NCBI GenBank assembly: GCA_028715785.1
Contig: JAQURC010000007.1
Coordinates: forward strand, 22,884 to 86,883
Direction: 5' to 3'
DNA: 64,000 bases
Origin: Candidatus Omnitrophota bacterium
GTDB lineage: Bacteria; Omnitrophota; Gorgyraeia; Gygaellales; Profunditerraquicolaceae
How positions within the stretch are numbered: position 1 is the stretch's first letter; each line of letters opens with the position of its first letter. This document shows positions 38,775 to 48,017 of this stretch, in pieces. The position numbers and the translations under genes were made by a program. Below the pieces are notes generated by a model. It searched no databases, was not told where the DNA came from, and saw nothing but the letters and a program-made list of their open reading frames with translations.

Positions 38775-40865
38775 TTAACTGCTTTGCTGCGGGCCTTCAG
38801 CCTGTTTTTTACTTAAATTGATCCTGCCCAATTCATCTATGCCGATGACCTTGACTTTGAATTCATCGCCGACTTTAACCACATCGTCGATCTTTTTGAC
38901 GAATGTAGCGGATAATTCAGACACGTGCACCAGCCCCTCTTTACGCGGGGCGATCTCGACAAATGCGCCAAATTGCATGATCCTCTTTACCTTGCCAAAA
39001 TAAATCCTGCCCACCTCTACCTCATCGGTGATTGCTTTGATCATTTTAATCGCCGCATCAGACTTGGCCGCGTCGGTTGAACCGACTAAAACCGTGCCGT
39101 CATCCTTGATATCGATACTGGCGCCGGTTGCCGCGATTATCGCCTTGATCGTCTTGCCTCCCGGGCCGATCAATTCCCCGATCTTTTCAGTATTGATCTT
39201 TAAGACATCAATGCGCGGGGCAAAACTGGAGAGCTCTTCCCTGGGGCTTTTTAATGCCGCGCTCATCTTATCCAAAATAAATAACCTTCCTTCTTTGGAT
39301 TGCGCCAGGCATTCCTTAAGCAGCTCTAAAGATATCCCGTCAATTTTAAGGTCCAATTGCACCGCGGTAACTCCGGAGCATGTGCCGGCAACTTTAAAAT
39401 CCATATCTCCAAAATGGTCCTCAAGCCCGGCGATATCGGTTAAAATTATCGCTTTATTCCCTTCTTTAACTAATCCTAAAGCAACCCCGCCCACAGCTTC
39501 TTTAACCGGGACACCGGCATCCATTAATGACAAAGTAGCGGCGCATACCGAAGCCATGGAACTGGAGCCGTTGGATTCTAAAATTTCAGAAACTACTCTT
39601 ATAGTATAAGGGAATTTTTCTTTTGAAGGCATTACTGCAAGCAATGCCTTCTCTGCCAGGGCGCCGTGGCCGATCTCGCGCCTGCCGGGACTGCGCACGG
39701 GCCTTGTTTCTCCGACGCTAAAAGACGGAAAATTATAATGCAGCATGAAAGATTTTTTCCTCTCCCCGTCTAAAGCTTCGATCAATTGTTCATCTTCACC
39801 CGTGCCTAATGTGGTTACTGCCAAGCTCTGAGTTTGTCCGCGGGTAAAAAGGCTTGAACCATGGGTGCGCGGCAGGACCGAGACCTCGCAGGAGATCGGG
39901 CGGATCTCCTTAAAAGACCTGCCGTCGATACGGATGTTCTCGACAGAAATCATTTTACGCACCTGCCTCTTCTCTACTTCCTCAAGGCCCTTACGGATAT
40001 CCGAGGCCAAGAACCCTTCATTAATTAGTTGCGATTCCAGCTCCTTGGCCAGCAAAGCTACTTTTTCTTCACGCTCTTCCTTCTTGCTTAACTTATACAC
40101 ATCGGCTAATTTCTTCTGGGAAAGCGATTCGATCTTCTGCATCAAAGCAGGATCGATTAATTTAAGCTCGACCTTGGCTTTTGGCTGGCCATAAAGGCGG
40201 GTAAATTCTTCCTGCATGCTCAATATGGGCTTTAAGCTGTCCAACCCGAATTTTACCGCCTCAAGATATGTTTCTTCGGAAACTTCTTTGGCTTTTGATT
40301 CAAGCATCACCACCCCGTTATTGTTAGCAGCCACGACTACTTCCAAATCGGCGCTCTCGATTTCAGCGTAAGTAGGATTTAACACCAATTCATTGTTTAC
40401 CCGGGCAACCCGGCAGCTGGCTAAAGGGCCTTTAAAAGGAATATCCGAAATGGATAAAGCCGCGCTTGCCCCGATCAACGCCAGGACATTCGGGTCATTC
40501 TCTCCGTCGCTTGAGAGGACGATCGCCATCACCTGGACTTCATTTAAAAATCCTTCGGGAAACAACGGACGGATCGGCCGGTCGATCAAGCGGGAACCTA
40601 AAATTTCATTTTCCGAAGGCCTGCCCTCGCGCTTAAAAAATCCTCCGGGAATCCTTCCGGCGGCGTAGGTTTTCTCCTGGTACTCAACGGTCAGAGGGAA
40701 AAAATCCTGGCCTTCTTTTATTTCACCGGACATACAGGCAGTAACCAGGATCACGGTTGCTCCGTAAGTAACGGTAACCGAACCATTGGCCTGCTTGGCA
40801 ATTTTACCGGTCTCTAAGATAAGGTCGTTTTTGCCAAATTTAATTTTTAAACTTTTACTTTGCAT
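38775..40865 (-). CDS. pnp: polyribonucleotide nucleotidyltransferase (PNPase)
   Basis: 696 aa with two RNase PH domains plus KH and S1 domains. Confidence 0.95.
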   Translation of the reverse strand: MQSKSLKIKFGKNDLILETGKIAKQANGSVTVTYGATVILVTACMSGEIKEGQDFFPLTVEYQEKTYAAGRIPGGFFKREGRPSENEILGSRLIDRPIRPLFPEGFLNEVQVMAIVLSSDGENDPNVLALIGASAALSISDIPFKGPLASCRVARVNNELVLNPTYAEIESADLEVVVAANNNGVVMLESKAKEVSEETYLEAVKFGLDSLKPILSMQEEFTRLYGQPKAKVELKLIDPALMQKIESLSQKKLADVYKLSKKEEREEKVALLAKELESQLINEGFLASDIRKGLEEVEKRQVRKMISVENIRIDGRSFKEIRPISCEVSVLPRTHGSSLFTRGQTQSLAVTTLGTGEDEQLIEALDGERKKSFMLHYNFPSFSVGETRPVRSPGRREIGHGALAEKALLAVMPSKEKFPYTIRVVSEILESNGSSSMASVCAATLSLMDAGVPVKEAVGGVALGLVKEGNKAIILTDIAGLEDHFGDMDFKVAGTCSGVTAVQLDLKIDGISLELLKECLAQSKEGRLFILDKMSAALKSPREELSSFAPRIDVLKINTEKIGELIGPGGKTIKAIIAATGASIDIKDDGTVLVGSTDAAKSDAAIKMIKAITDEVEVGRIYFGKVKRIMQFGAFVEIAPRKEGLVHVSELSATFVKKIDDVVKVGDEFKVKVIGIDELGRINLSKKQAEGPQQSS

Positions 40866-40906
40866 GATTTAGCTCTTTCTTTTTTGGATTTGAAATCTTA
40901 CGGGGC

Positions 40907-41176
40907 TTACTTCCTAAGCTTAAGCTTTCCCAGGATCTCTTCATACTTCTTCATATCCTTGTCCTTGAGGTACTTAAGGAGTCTGCGGCGCCTGCTTACC
41001 AATAGGAGCAGACCGCGGCGAGAGTGGAGATCATTCTTATGTGTTTTAAAGTGCTCCCCCAAATCGTTGATTCTCTCGGTTAAAATAGCTATCTGGACCT
41101 CGGCAGAGCCGGTGTCCCTGGAATGCACCTTAAAGTTATCGATCAATTTTGCTTTTTGTTCCTTTACCAAAACCAA
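40907..41176 (-). CDS. rpsO: 30S ribosomal protein S15 (TTG start)
   Basis: 89 aa S15 ([35 protein letters not shown]). TTG start with an AAGGGAGG RBS 7 nt upstream, and a TTGACT-17-TATAAT promoter at about 41201-41229. Confidence 0.9.
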   Translation of the reverse strand: MVLVKEQKAKLIDNFKVHSRDTGSAEVQIAILTERINDLGEHFKTHKNDLHSRRGLLLLVSRRRRLLKYLKDKDMKKYEEILGKLKLRK

Positions 41177-41270
41177 ATTTCTACCTCCCTTTTTTTTAAG
41201 ATTATACGCTAATTAACCCAACAAGTCAATAAATTAATGCACGATTTAACATTTTAACATAAAAAAATGT

Positions 41271-41687
41271 TTATGCAACCTCAATTTCACGGATTTTTCT
41301 GCGCGTGGATTTTTTTTCAGAATGCCGGCGCTTGTTCTCCAGGATCTTTATTTTCAGGCGCTTTGGCTTCTTCCGGTTCCGGCGCATAATTTGGGCCTTA
41401 AGCGACTGCTTCTGCAATCTATCCTGCCGCATCCTCTGGGCAATCTTGCTTAAAAGGATATGCCTGGCCAAAGAACGGTTTAATAACTGCGAGCGCTGGC
41501 GCTGGCATTTTACTTCTAAGCCCGTAGGCAGGTGCTTCAAATACACGCAAGTGGATGTCTTATTGACATTCTGCCCGCCGGGGCCGCCGGAACGGATAAA
41601 TTTTTCTACAATATCTTCTTCGCGCACGCCCAGCTGCGCCATTCTTTCTTCCAGGGTCATTGTCTTAACTGATTCAGGCGGCATCAA
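41271..41687 (-). CDS. arfB: alternative ribosome-rescue factor ArfB (peptidyl-tRNA hydrolase, GGQ motif)
   Basis: 138 aa with an RF-1-domain GGQ motif (SGGPGGQNVNKTST) and a basic C-terminal tail. Confidence 0.85.
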   Translation of the reverse strand: MMPPESVKTMTLEERMAQLGVREEDIVEKFIRSGGPGGQNVNKTSTCVYLKHLPTGLEVKCQRQRSQLLNRSLARHILLSKIAQRMRQDRLQKQSLKAQIMRRNRKKPKRLKIKILENKRRHSEKKSTRRKIREIEVA

Positions 41688-41689
41688 AA

Positions 41690-42346
41690 TTACTCCTTAA
41701 CCTCTAAATCGATATTCTTAATTAAGGCGTCCAGGTCTTTAATCAGCGGGGCAGGAAGCAGTTTTAACACCTGCACCTCCTGCTTAAGCAGGCGTAATTG
41801 GCCAAGCAGCCTGTTTACCGTCGAGCGCTTTCTTTTTTCCTGCGCCTCAACCGGATCCAGCTCCTGCCTCTGCCGGATGATCACCCCTAAATTTTTCTTA
41901 ATCTCCTGGGCATCGCGTCCTTTTTCAAAAATCTCTTTCTTTAAATTGCTGTAATCGTCTTCATCCAGGCTCTTATTATTTTTTGCCTGGCGTAAGACAT
42001 TAACCGATTCATAACTTGGGATATTGGCGGGCTTGGCAGAATCGGCGTAATCGGTCTTTAAATACTGCGGCTCCTCTTTTTCCAAAAAATAATACGACTT
42101 AAGCAGCTTCATCGCGGTTTGCTTGCGGATCCCGATTTCACGGCTGACATAAATATCGAAATTAACATATCCCCACTCTTTGTACATCTTGTCTTTGTAG
42201 GCCGAATATAAAAAACGGCCCAGCTCAATCCATGAAGATTTAAAATTCTTTGCGCTCTCTAAGATATGATAACGCAGGGAATTGACATCCAGGTTTTCCA
42301 TTTTGGCTTCGATGTTCCGAAGTGACTTTGTTTTAGCCTCTTCCAT
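41690..42346 (-). CDS. hypothetical protein
   Basis: 218 aa, charged and partly coiled-coil, with no recognisable motif. Its start is 3 nt from the arfB stop. Confidence 0.5.
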   Translation of the reverse strand: MEEAKTKSLRNIEAKMENLDVNSLRYHILESAKNFKSSWIELGRFLYSAYKDKMYKEWGYVNFDIYVSREIGIRKQTAMKLLKSYYFLEKEEPQYLKTDYADSAKPANIPSYESVNVLRQAKNNKSLDEDDYSNLKKEIFEKGRDAQEIKKNLGVIIRQRQELDPVEAQEKRKRSTVNRLLGQLRLLKQEVQVLKLLPAPLIKDLDALIKNIDLEVKE

Positions 42347-42357
42347 TTGCTTTTTCC

Positions 42358-43419
42358 CTATTTTCCAAAGATATTTTTTAGTTCCTTGCCTAAATCTTTA
42401 TACTTATTGATGGCGTTGGTTACCTTGTCCACTAACTGCTCCGGGGACTGCCTGGACAGGTTTTTTGCCGCCGCTTTTAAAATTATTTTCCTGATCTTTT
42501 CCTGGCTTAAGGCCGGATTATCCAGCGCGGTATCGATCTTAAACTCTAATTTTAAATTACCATCGGCATCAGCGAAGAAGTCCAAAGCATCTTGCATTAA
42601 ATTTAGATCCGGCTGCTGTTCTTCGGTCTTCTCATAAACAATCTTGGAAAGATTAAAATTCGTAATAATCTCTAGGGCATTGTTTTTGGCCTTAAAGGTG
42701 GAACTTAAATCGAGCATGGCTTTAAGAAGCTTCCTGCTGGATATGAAATTACCGTAATAAGGGGAAAAATTAGTAACATCCAGATCCTTAACCTCTAATT
42801 TAGCATCCATATCTTTGGCCGGATAATCCAGCCAGCCGCCAAATACGATATTACCAAAAGCCCTGCCCCGAGCATTGACCATCTCGGCGCTTATTTTGAA
42901 ATTTGTTGCCAGCGAAGTGACCGGGAGAGCGACTTTAACCGCTTTAACATTTAATTTATTCACAATAACCTGAAAGCCTTCGGGAGCAACTTTCCTGTCC
43001 GTAAAAATTACTTTTCCGTTCTGCACCTTCAGGCTGGTTAAATAAACCGCGGGGGGCTTTCCCTTCTGCCCTAAGGCCGGCAGGTTTAATTTTCCATTTG
43101 CTGACTGCTCAAGATTAATCACCGGCTCAACGACATTTAAACCATGGATGACTATCTTGCCGAATAACAGCCCGATTAAATTCGGCGATAACGCTACCTT
43201 CTTAACACTGACAAGGTCGCCGATCTCTAATCCTTCAAGGGTAATGGTGAACGGCGGGCTTAAGCTTATTTTTCTAAGGCTGGTTTTAAGTTTTAGGTTC
43301 TGCTCGATCTGCTGCTCGATAATCCGCGGGGCATAAACTGCGGTCAAAATACCGGCCACCAGGAAAATTGCCAATAAAACCGCAAAAACCCAAATTATAA
43401 TTTTAAACTTTGTTTTCAT
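42358..43419 (-). CDS. AsmA-like/DUF748-like membrane-anchored periplasmic protein
   Basis: The preferred start is the internal MKTKFKIIIWVFAVLLAIFLVAGIL, which forms a signal anchor; the ORF track starts 27 codons earlier at 43500. It has a beta-rich repetitive body resembling AsmA-family lipid-transport proteins. Confidence 0.55.
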   Translation of the reverse strand: MKTKFKIIIWVFAVLLAIFLVAGILTAVYAPRIIEQQIEQNLKLKTSLRKISLSPPFTITLEGLEIGDLVSVKKVALSPNLIGLLFGKIVIHGLNVVEPVINLEQSANGKLNLPALGQKGKPPAVYLTSLKVQNGKVIFTDRKVAPEGFQVIVNKLNVKAVKVALPVTSLATNFKISAEMVNARGRAFGNIVFGGWLDYPAKDMDAKLEVKDLDVTNFSPYYGNFISSRKLLKAMLDLSSTFKAKNNALEIITNFNLSKIVYEKTEEQQPDLNLMQDALDFFADADGNLKLEFKIDTALDNPALSQEKIRKIILKAAAKNLSRQSPEQLVDKVTNAINKYKDLGKELKNIFGK

Positions 43420-43513
43420 CGCACTACCTAATGATGGGACCAACGCAATATTCGCCAGAAGGCGAACACTTGCCCAATTCCTATCTGGGCAAGGTGCCAA
43501 TTAGCGTCGGGCG

Positions 43514-44236
43514 TCATTCCTCCAGCGCTTCCTGGATCTTAAAGCGGACAGTATCTCTAAGAGAAGCGAAATCTCCGGGGCCAAACCCGTCGGTTGCAAT
43601 CTCCGGCAGCACAGTAACCGTCCCGTCCACTTTAGCCTTAAAAATCCAACTGCCCTTAGGGATTGCCTCCTGCGTCCCCTTGATGCAAACCGGGAGGATC
43701 GGCTTTTTTTCTTTGATCGCCAGCTTAAATGCGCCGTTCTGAAATTCACCCATCTGGTCATTGCTGCTGCGGGTGCCTTCAGGGAAAAATAATACCGACA
43801 TATCTTTACGCAGCCAGGCGCTTGCCTGGTGGTAAATCTCTTTTATGCTGGCAAAGTCGCCGCGGGTAAGCTTGATGTGTTTAATCAGGCTTAAGCACCA
43901 GCCGACAAAAGGAAGCTTGAATAAACTAGCTTTAGCTACCCATTTAAATTGCGTCTTGAGTTGATAGAGCACCGCGATATCGGCCATGCTCTGATGATTA
44001 GCAATGATTACGTAGGTTTTTTTATGGTCGATATTCTCAAGGCCTTTGACCCTCACATTCCAAAAAGGATTTAAGCCGATTACCGCATCCGACCACCAGA
44101 AACACTGCGCGTGAGTTATCTTCTTATTTTTATCAAACGGAAAAAGCAGAATGGTTAAAAACAAGACCACAAAAAACAGCAGGATGGTAATTAGAATACT
44201 GCCGATCCAGATACCTATAGAAATAATCGCTTTCAT
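43514..44236 (-). CDS. plsC: 1-acyl-sn-glycerol-3-phosphate acyltransferase
   Basis: 240 aa with the HX4D motif (NHQSMAD) and an FPEGTR motif. Has its own TTGACA-17-TATAGT promoter at about 44249-44277. Confidence 0.85.
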   Translation of the reverse strand: MKAIISIGIWIGSILITILLFFVVLFLTILLFPFDKNKKITHAQCFWWSDAVIGLNPFWNVRVKGLENIDHKKTYVIIANHQSMADIAVLYQLKTQFKWVAKASLFKLPFVGWCLSLIKHIKLTRGDFASIKEIYHQASAWLRKDMSVLFFPEGTRSSNDQMGEFQNGAFKLAIKEKKPILPVCIKGTQEAIPKGSWIFKAKVDGTVTVLPEIATDGFGPGDFASLRDTVRFKIQEALEE

Positions 44237-44374
44237 GCTCCTCGTTTAACTATATCCCAAATCCCGAGGATTGTCAACTTTTAGATTCCGTGTTTATTCT
44301 TACAGAAAGGCCCTCAAGCCACAAGCAGGTAATATAATAAGTCTTTCCTTAATCAATTTCTTCTATCTCCTTTT

Positions 44375-46279
44375 TTATTCATAAGATAGAATAATTCTAA
44401 ATGTCTCTCTAGACTTATCAAAATTTTTTGGTAATAGTGGAAATGGCGAAGAATCTTTAACCGCTTTTACTGCCCAAGAAGCCAATGACGGATCAGCCGT
44501 GTTCAGGATTTTCGGTTCATCTACTAAATCTCCTTGACGGGAAACTGTAAAACTAAGGAATACCTCCCCTTTTCCCTCTTTCGGCAAATTTAACTTCGAA
44601 AAGCGGTTAATTTTATCGATGACAATAAGAGAATATTCTCTTAACCATGCACTATCAGGCCCTAAAGCTGCCATGGCTGTTTCTTCACTGTCAGTTGAAA
44701 CTTTACTAATGATAACCTTGCCCTTAACCATTTTTGCCACAGCTCCGTCTTTAGGTTTTATCTCTGAGAAATCCGAATAGGAAGTCTCTCCCGACATTAT
44801 GTGCGGAGTCAAAAGGATTACTAAATCACTTTTCTCCAGCTTATCGTCTATACTCCTAAAAAAATATCCCAATAACGGGATATCTCCAAGTATAGGAACT
44901 TGCTTCACGGTCTTTATTCTTTTATCTTTTCTTAAACCGGCAATGATTACTGTTATGCCATCTTTTACCGTAACAGTAGTCTCTGATTCGGAGGTCGTAA
45001 CAATAGGAACATAATTATGTGCTGTGGCTGTGCCAAAATCTTTATATTCGCTGGAGCTTATTTCAGGTTTAATCTTCATAGTTACGAAATTATCTTTATT
45101 AATTGCAGGAGTAACATAAAGCTTGATGCCCACATCAACAAAATTTACCTGGTCAGCCGTTATTTCCGTTCCGGTTCCGGATTGCGAAATAGACTGAGTA
45201 ACATATGCCTCTTTGGTACCTACAAGTATCTTCGCCTCTTGGTTATTTAATGCCATCACCCGCGGGCTTGAGAGTATTTTCGTGTCCCCTATTGTGCGTA
45301 AAATATCTATAATTGCTTGAGACTGCCCCTTTTTAGTGGGAGTAGAATTGGCCGTGCCTAAAATTAAGGCTCCGGTCGTATTTATGGGAAACCCCATCTT
45401 AACATCAAAATATTTTTGAATCCAAAAGTTCCAATCTACCCCCATCTTGAATTGATCAGACGGAGTAATTTCGATAATCTGGGCATCAATTAAAACCTGC
45501 GCGGTCTTTTCGTCAAAAGCCTTGACGATCTCTTCAATCTCCGCAAGCTTCGCAGGATAATCAGTTACAGCAATTTTGTTCGTGCGCTCATCAAATCTAA
45601 TTAACCCCACGCCTTTGGTAATAACTTCCTGCAATTTGGGGTTTAATTTATCCGCCAACGCATAATTAAGGTTGAATATCTTTGTCTTAAGCGGCTGGTC
45701 GGTTGATTTAATAAAATCTTCCATAGCCTTGACCTTCTCAGGCCCGTCTATTAAGATAACGGTGTTTGAGCCCTGATCCACAACTACCTTTCCGAGATCG
45801 CTTTTTAGCTGGGTTAAAGCTACTGCCGAATCCACTGCTTTTGAATATTTTAAGTGGATAATCTTGGCCTGTTTCTTATTCTGGAAACTTTCTCCATAAA
45901 GTAGCTCATAATCCCTTTGTGTCATAACATTAACGATTTGGCCCTTCTTCTCATAAGCAAGGTCATTGGCTGAAATGACTATTTCAAAAACATCATTGAT
46001 TTCTACGTCTTTTAAAAATAAAGTTACCCTTCCAACAACATTCTTCCCTATCACAATATTCATCCCTGAACGCGCAGAGATAATCTTTAATACATCGACC
46101 ACATCCATACCTTTAACATCTAAGGTGATTTTATTCGAGACAACAACGGAACGCTCAATAGTTTCCATAGGGGCAGCAAACGGTTTGTTTTTCTCTTCTA
46201 CGCCATTCTGCTCATCTTGCGCATAAACGGCAGATACAAAAAATATTAGAACCAACATTAACAATAACTTATTTTTCAT
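44375..46279 (-). CDS. gspD: secretin (GspD/PilQ family) with C-terminal TonB-C-like extension
   Basis: 634 aa with a signal peptide, N-terminal secretin N domains and a secretin domain (ILGDIPLLGYFFRS). The last ~100 aa resemble a TonB C-terminal fold (EGKGEVFLSFTVSRQGDLV...ASWAVKAVKDSSPFPLLP). Confidence 0.85.
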   Translation of the reverse strand: MKNKLLLMLVLIFFVSAVYAQDEQNGVEEKNKPFAAPMETIERSVVVSNKITLDVKGMDVVDVLKIISARSGMNIVIGKNVVGRVTLFLKDVEINDVFEIVISANDLAYEKKGQIVNVMTQRDYELLYGESFQNKKQAKIIHLKYSKAVDSAVALTQLKSDLGKVVVDQGSNTVILIDGPEKVKAMEDFIKSTDQPLKTKIFNLNYALADKLNPKLQEVITKGVGLIRFDERTNKIAVTDYPAKLAEIEEIVKAFDEKTAQVLIDAQIIEITPSDQFKMGVDWNFWIQKYFDVKMGFPINTTGALILGTANSTPTKKGQSQAIIDILRTIGDTKILSSPRVMALNNQEAKILVGTKEAYVTQSISQSGTGTEITADQVNFVDVGIKLYVTPAINKDNFVTMKIKPEISSSEYKDFGTATAHNYVPIVTTSESETTVTVKDGITVIIAGLRKDKRIKTVKQVPILGDIPLLGYFFRSIDDKLEKSDLVILLTPHIMSGETSYSDFSEIKPKDGAVAKMVKGKVIISKVSTDSEETAMAALGPDSAWLREYSLIVIDKINRFSKLNLPKEGKGEVFLSFTVSRQGDLVDEPKILNTADPSLASWAVKAVKDSSPFPLLPKNFDKSRETFRIILSYE

Positions 46280-46299
46280 ATCTTGTCTTGCCCCCTTTA

Positions 46300-46932
46300 T
46301 CAGATACTTAACTCGAACCTCTGGCCGCTGTAATTTAATATGATTTTACCGTCACCGATATTCTCAACCTGAAATTCCCCCATCATCTGGCCTTTAGTTA
46401 CATAGTAGGTCTTCTGCGACTTCTTATCTTCAATAACCGCCTGCGGGCTATCGCCCGATATTACACCTAGCAAATTAATATCCTTAATTAAATTTGCTCC
46501 GACTGTAATATTAGATTCTTGGGTTGACTGAGCGGATACCACCCCGAATATTTGTTTATTTTTTATGCCTTGAGTATAAAAATCATATGGCTTTATTTCT
46601 TCCTGTTTTATTACCTCTTTTGATTCAGCTATTTTATCAAAAGATTTCTCTTGCAAAAAAATAATCTTCTTGGTAACAAATAAAGGATAGGCAAAAGCGC
46701 TTAGAAGATATAAAAAAGAGGTAGTAAGCCCGATTAAGATTAAAGTATTTGTATTAAGCTGCGAAAGGTATTTTTCAAATTTGAAAACCCGCTCTTGATG
46801 TAGAACGCCTCCCTGTATTTTCACCCACACAGGAGCATTTAGATTGCCTTCTGCTAACACGGGAATACGGATTTTCTTCCGACCCCTTATGAGCCGGAGT
46901 AATTTTTCCTCTGGAGAAATATTATCCTTCAT
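46300..46932 (-). CDS. GspC/PilP-like bitopic secretin-interacting protein
   Basis: 210 aa with one TM helix and a C-terminal beta-sandwich-like region (YYVTKGQMMGEFQVENIGDGKIILNYSGQRFELSI). Sits between exeA and the secretin. Confidence 0.6.
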   Translation of the reverse strand: MKDNISPEEKLLRLIRGRKKIRIPVLAEGNLNAPVWVKIQGGVLHQERVFKFEKYLSQLNTNTLILIGLTTSFLYLLSAFAYPLFVTKKIIFLQEKSFDKIAESKEVIKQEEIKPYDFYTQGIKNKQIFGVVSAQSTQESNITVGANLIKDINLLGVISGDSPQAVIEDKKSQKTYYVTKGQMMGEFQVENIGDGKIILNYSGQRFELSI

Positions 46933-47750
46933 GCATTTATCTCATGAATTTCAAGAAGACTATTTATTGTCTGGACGTCAACTTGCACCTGCTCCTTCAT
47001 AACTATTATCTCAAGAGCATCATGGCAGATCATAGCAATCTTACGGGGATGCCCTTGAGTGAGTTGATAAATCATTTTGATTGCATCGTCCGTAAATAAT
47101 GGTGTTGGATTATTATAGCCTGCCTGGTTTAACCTAAACTCAACCATTTTCTTAGTTTCAGGCTCATCAAATGGATTAATCGTATATTTTAAAGCAATCC
47201 TATCCATAAAATTACGCATCCGCTTTACCCGCGGCAGTAATTCTACTTGAGTCATAATTACAAGTTGCAATAGTTTATATTCATTAGTTTCATAATTAAG
47301 CAATGTCCTTAAGGCCTCTAGATTTTCTAAAGTAATCTTCTGCCCCTCATCGATTAAGAGAACAATAGTTTTATCCTTGTCCACCCCTTGATAAAAAAGA
47401 TATTTTTCCAATGCTTCTTTAAGATCAAGGGCAGATTTAGACGAAGTGGTTATATCAAATAATCTAACTAAACTTTGCAGAAACTGGAATTCAGATTTAT
47501 ATCCGGGATCTAAAATCATATGCAAAATGAAATCTTCCTCATCCTTAAAAGTTTGCAATAAAGTGCGCATTAAGGTGGTTTTACCAACCCCTACATCGCC
47601 TAAAATTAAACTTAAGCCCCTACGCAGCCTGATAGTTATTTCAAGACGCTTAAGAGCAGTTTCATGGCTTATGGACCGGTAGAAAAAATCCGGGTCAGGA
47701 CTGGTGGAAAACGGCTCTTTTTGTAAGCCCAGAACGCTATAATAACTCAT
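46929..47750 (-). CDS. gspA: ExeA/GspA-like AAA ATPase
   Basis: 273 aa with a Walker A motif (GDVGVGKTT) and Walker B motif (LLIDEGQ), an AAA_22 fold. Confidence 0.8.
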   Translation of the reverse strand: MSYYSVLGLQKEPFSTSPDPDFFYRSISHETALKRLEITIRLRRGLSLILGDVGVGKTTLMRTLLQTFKDEEDFILHMILDPGYKSEFQFLQSLVRLFDITTSSKSALDLKEALEKYLFYQGVDKDKTIVLLIDEGQKITLENLEALRTLLNYETNEYKLLQLVIMTQVELLPRVKRMRNFMDRIALKYTINPFDEPETKKMVEFRLNQAGYNNPTPLFTDDAIKMIYQLTQGHPRKIAMICHDALEIIVMKEQVQVDVQTINSLLEIHEINA

Positions 47751-47958
47751 CTTTAATTTCCTTTAACGACTTGCCTTCTTTTCTCAAGCTGCGGATTTTT
47801 TTTAATTTTTCCACAGTAGTTTCGTCAAAATAACGATACCTGGTTTCAGGACTGCGGTTAACTTCTTTAATCAGGCCAGTTTTTAAGTAGAATTTAAGCG
47901 TATAGACAGAAAAACCAGTTGTTCTTGATAAGTCTTTAATAAGCAATACATTAATCAT
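47737..47958 (-). CDS. MerR-family HTH transcriptional regulator (short)
   Basis: 73 aa with an N-terminal MerR-type HTH (IKDLSRTTGFSVYTLKFYLKTGLI). First gene of the gspA-C-D operon. Confidence 0.7.
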   Translation of the reverse strand: MINVLLIKDLSRTTGFSVYTLKFYLKTGLIKEVNRSPETRYRYFDETTVEKLKKIRSLRKEGKSLKEIKDELL

Positions 47959-47971
47959 AATTTTACTCTCA

Positions 47972-48013
47972 CTCTCTAACTAGAGAGTATAGCAGTAACT
48001 TACGACTTGTCAA
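47972..48013 (-). promoter_or_regulatory. Promoter (TTGACA-16-TATACT) with palindromic operator ACTCTCTA-GT-TAGAGAGT overlapping -10/+1
   Basis: The minus strand reads TTGACAagtcgtaagttactgcTATACTCTCTAGTTAGAGAGTgagagtaaaattATG. The palindrome arms are 8 bp. Confidence 0.55.
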
Positions 48014-48017
48014 ATAA

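Noticed and set aside
40866-40906. rpsO-pnp intergenic region, examined for the RNase III or terminator hairpin typical of pnp autoregulation
   Set aside because: Only short 4-5-bp complementarities were found by eye. Nothing convincing without folding software.
43501-43761. 86-aa Arg-rich minus-strand ORF
   Set aside because: It overlaps the 3' part of plsC in another frame. Spurious.
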